A stretch of DNA of 64,000 nt from Felis catus (lineage: Eukaryota). The number at the start of each line of letters is the position of its first letter. Within the stretch, counting starts at the first letter, position 1. The DNA lies in NCBI RefSeq assembly GCF_018350175.1, contig NC_058375.1, forward strand, positions 20,150,001 through 20,214,000. The letters are read 5' to 3'. This document shows positions 61,493-64,000 of the stretch, piece after piece. A program made the position numbers and the translations under genes. The notes beneath the pieces are model-generated. The model was not told where the DNA came from. It saw only the letters and a program-made list of their open reading frames with translations, and ran no database searches.

Positions 61493-63549
61493 AGCAAGAA
61501 ACAAATATGTATCTATCTATAACTTGTGGGAAGTGCCATAGAGAATAGGAACAGGGGACATATCAGAATAACAGGGAGATGAAGGATGACTTTGGGGTGG
61601 GTCAGATCCATGTTTGAATCCTCTCAGTCACTTATCTGTTGTGTGGCCTTGGGCAAGCCTCTTCACTTCTCTGGGCTTTGGTTTCTTATCAGGAAGAAAA
61701 GGCTGATGATACCTGTCTCCTGAGGATGCTGGGAGGATATAAACATTCATCCTTTCAGTTAATATGCGTTCAGTATCTCCTATTCTGAGAAACGACTTGC
61801 CCAAATGGACAATGTGTCAGACTCAGGTCTGGCTGGGTCTCTGGATCTGGCGGGGAGTGGGGGTGGGGGGCAAGTCCTGATCTTGTTCCCCTTGATTTGT
61901 TCCCCAGAAGTTGAGAACGGAGACTTGCCTGATGTAGGCAACATACCTGTCAATCTCCCCACAGTCATGGGGGTGGGGGACTTCTGCACGGAGAAAGACA
62001 CAGGTTTGATGACACAAAGGGGACCACTCAATGAAAGGACACCATTTAGCAGGGCATTCCTCCTTGCTGGGGGCAATCTGGAAACTCCTGAGCCTCCATC
62101 ATCTCCATGGAGCCCTTCTGACTCCCTGAGTCCCCCCATCCCCCCTCACTGATCCTCCCTTCTTCTGTGAGCCTCTTCCTCTTCCAACACCAGTGCATCC
62201 ACTAGCCCTCTCCCCTCCCCCCTCTCACTGAGCCCATCATGTTCCCTGAACCGTTCTTCTTGCCCTCAATGGGCCCCTCCCTCCTCCTCCACTGAACCTG
62301 GTCACCGAGCATCCCCCCCTCAATCCTGCCAAGTCCTCCTCCCTTCCTCTTCCTCATGAGTCTGGTGTGCCCTCAGGGACCACTCTCCTCTCTCTGAGCC
62401 CCTTCTGAGCTGCCCCTCAGGAGCAGAGCTTTCTCACCCTCGAGTCCCCATCACTCAGTTTAAGGCACCTGAAAACACTTAGAGAACATGGCGGGTCAGG
62501 GCATCCATCGTCCTCCTCCACGTGAAGCCCTCCTCCTCAACATCAAGTGAGTGCAGCTCCCCCATCAGCCTCTGTTCAGCTGGGGCAGTAGTCACGCTGG
62601 CTACACCTTTTTGGCAAGTCCTCCCGAGACTGAGGTTTGCTGGGGTTCTTCTTAATCAGTCTCAGAACTGGTTTTTGGCCCCCCAGCCAAAAACCCACCC
62701 ACCACAGAGATCTCCCATCGCTTATGGCACCTTCAAGTGGACGGAAACTGGGGCATGGTCTAGGTGTCTGGGCAAGTGTTTGGAGGCAGTAGGGCAGGGG
62801 CACTTCTAGTTCAGGGAAAATGGGCAGGGCTCAGTCCTATCGTATTGCCAGGCTGACTAAAGTCCCCTTTAAGGAGGATCCTTCAATGCCAGGAGACCCA
62901 GGTATCTGAGCTCCCAGATGGCACGAATGGTCAAGTTGGTCCCCTTCAGCGGTCCAGATTCAGCGACTGACCTGCAGTGTGACCTTGAGCAAGGCACTGC
63001 TGCACCTTCTGGGTCTGTTTCCCCCTCTGTCTCTAGATGTGGGGATACCTACTACTGGAAGGAGCAAACAGGAGCAAGGGCACAGAAAGAATTTTAAACA
63101 CCGTGGGGTCAGGGCTCCTTTGAGAAAGCCACGCCAGGCTCAGGGGCTGCGCTGTGGTTTGTTTGCAAGCGAAGGGCTTCCTTGGTGGGGGGACAACCCG
63201 GCCAGATCTCCACCGGGACGCCAGTCACCCCTCTGCATTAACCTCTCTACCGACCCAGGGAGTTGGAGAAGGGGTCCTGGTGAGACTTGTGGCCCAGACC
63301 AGGCAGAACCAGTTCGGTGAAGGGGCGCACGGCCAACAGTTACTGGAAGGAGCACTGAGCAAGGAGCCACGTCTCCTGAGTTCTAGTCCAGACTCCCACT
63401 GGCACGCACAGTGTGGCCTCAGGCATCCCTCCCCACCATCACGCGCCGGGGACTGGAGTCCATGATTTCTAAGCACCAACTATCAGAGTTTATGACTTAG
63501 GGACCAGACCAGAGAAGATAAGGTCCTCTTTACACCCCAAATTTGGGGG

Positions 63550-63842
63550 GAAGTGGATGGGCACCGGACGCCCCAGCAGGGCAGAGCCGGACGAGGGCCA
63601 GGGCACCGAGGGGTTTGGGCGAAGTCCCGAGCCGGCGGGGCCGGGGAGGCGGGTTCAGGCATGCCAGTCTCTGATTGGTTGTGCTGTCCATGGCTCCGCC
63701 CCGTGTGCTATAAGATGCACCGGCGCCTGGCGTGGGAGCTGCCGCCGCATCTCTCTCGCGTGCGCGGCGTCCGTCCTCCCCCTCGCGGGGGCAGCTGGCC
63801 AGACCAGCGGATCGACGGCCGCAGACCGCCGGGGGGCGGGGG
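63550..63842 (+). promoter_or_regulatory. TRNP1 CpG-island promoter / 5' UTR
   Basis: ATTGG 63674-63678, GC box 63694-63702 and TATAAG 63709-63714 upstream of the TRNP1 ATG. Confidence 0.75.
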
Positions 63843-64000
63843 ATGCCGGGCTGCCGCATCAGCGCCTGCGGCCCGGGGGCCCAGGAAGGGACGGCGGAAC
63901 CGGGGTCCCCGCCGCCGCCGCCCCGGGAGCTCCTGTCGTCCCCTCAGCCCCCGCCCCCAACTCCGACCTTGACTCCGACCCCGGCTCAGGTCTCTTCACC
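63843..64000 (+). CDS. TRNP1: TRNP1 (TMF1-regulated nuclear protein 1), 5' part; runs off the window
   Basis: MPGCRISACGPGAQEGTAEPGSPPPPPRELLSSPQPPPPTPTLTPTPAQVSS is the recognisable TRNP1 N-terminus, at the expected syntenic position; absent from the ORF track because it is truncated. Confidence 0.92.
   Translation, partial: MPGCRISACGPGAQEGTAEPGSPPPPPRELLSSPQPPPPTPTLTPTPAQVSS

Noticed and set aside
61780-62152. Overlapping 115- and 119-aa ORFs upstream of TRNP1
   Set aside because: No recognisable homology or gene structure; the length is within chance expectation.

Overview
Mammalian genomic DNA from a felid. The window is full of tRNA-derived Can-SINEs, including young SINEC_Fc-type copies with intact target-site duplications. 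It is syntenic with the human GPATCH3-NR0B2-NUDC-KDF1-TRNP1 block. From splice sites and protein recognition I could reconstruct GPATCH3 exons 1-2 (minus strand; the gene runs off the left end), complete NR0B2/SHP (minus, 2 exons, 279 aa), complete NUDC (plus, 9 coding exons, 332 aa), complete KDF1 (minus, 3 coding exons plus a non-coding CpG-island exon 1, 397 aa) and the start of TRNP1 (plus, runs off the right end). The rest is introns and intergenic DNA with SINEs, L1, MIR/L2, LTRs, DNA-transposon relics and nine N gaps. I found no new gene system I can support. The best leads are: (1) NR0B2 appears to have lost its usual stop codon and gained a 19-aa tail after the AF-2 helix, and also carries substitutions at NR0B-conserved residues; (2) a dense FXR IR-1/C-EBP/HNF1/FOXA/DR1 enhancer array lies 3' of NR0B2; (3) the KDF1 5' UTR has two uATGs next to the start codon, and its exon-1 donors sit in paired inverted E-box hairpins; (4) an AG/GTAAGT dual splice site lies 31 nt upstream of the weak NUDC exon 5 acceptor. 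Comparisons with human and mouse come from my recollection of those sequences and need checking by alignment. Repeat boundaries and family names are approximate.
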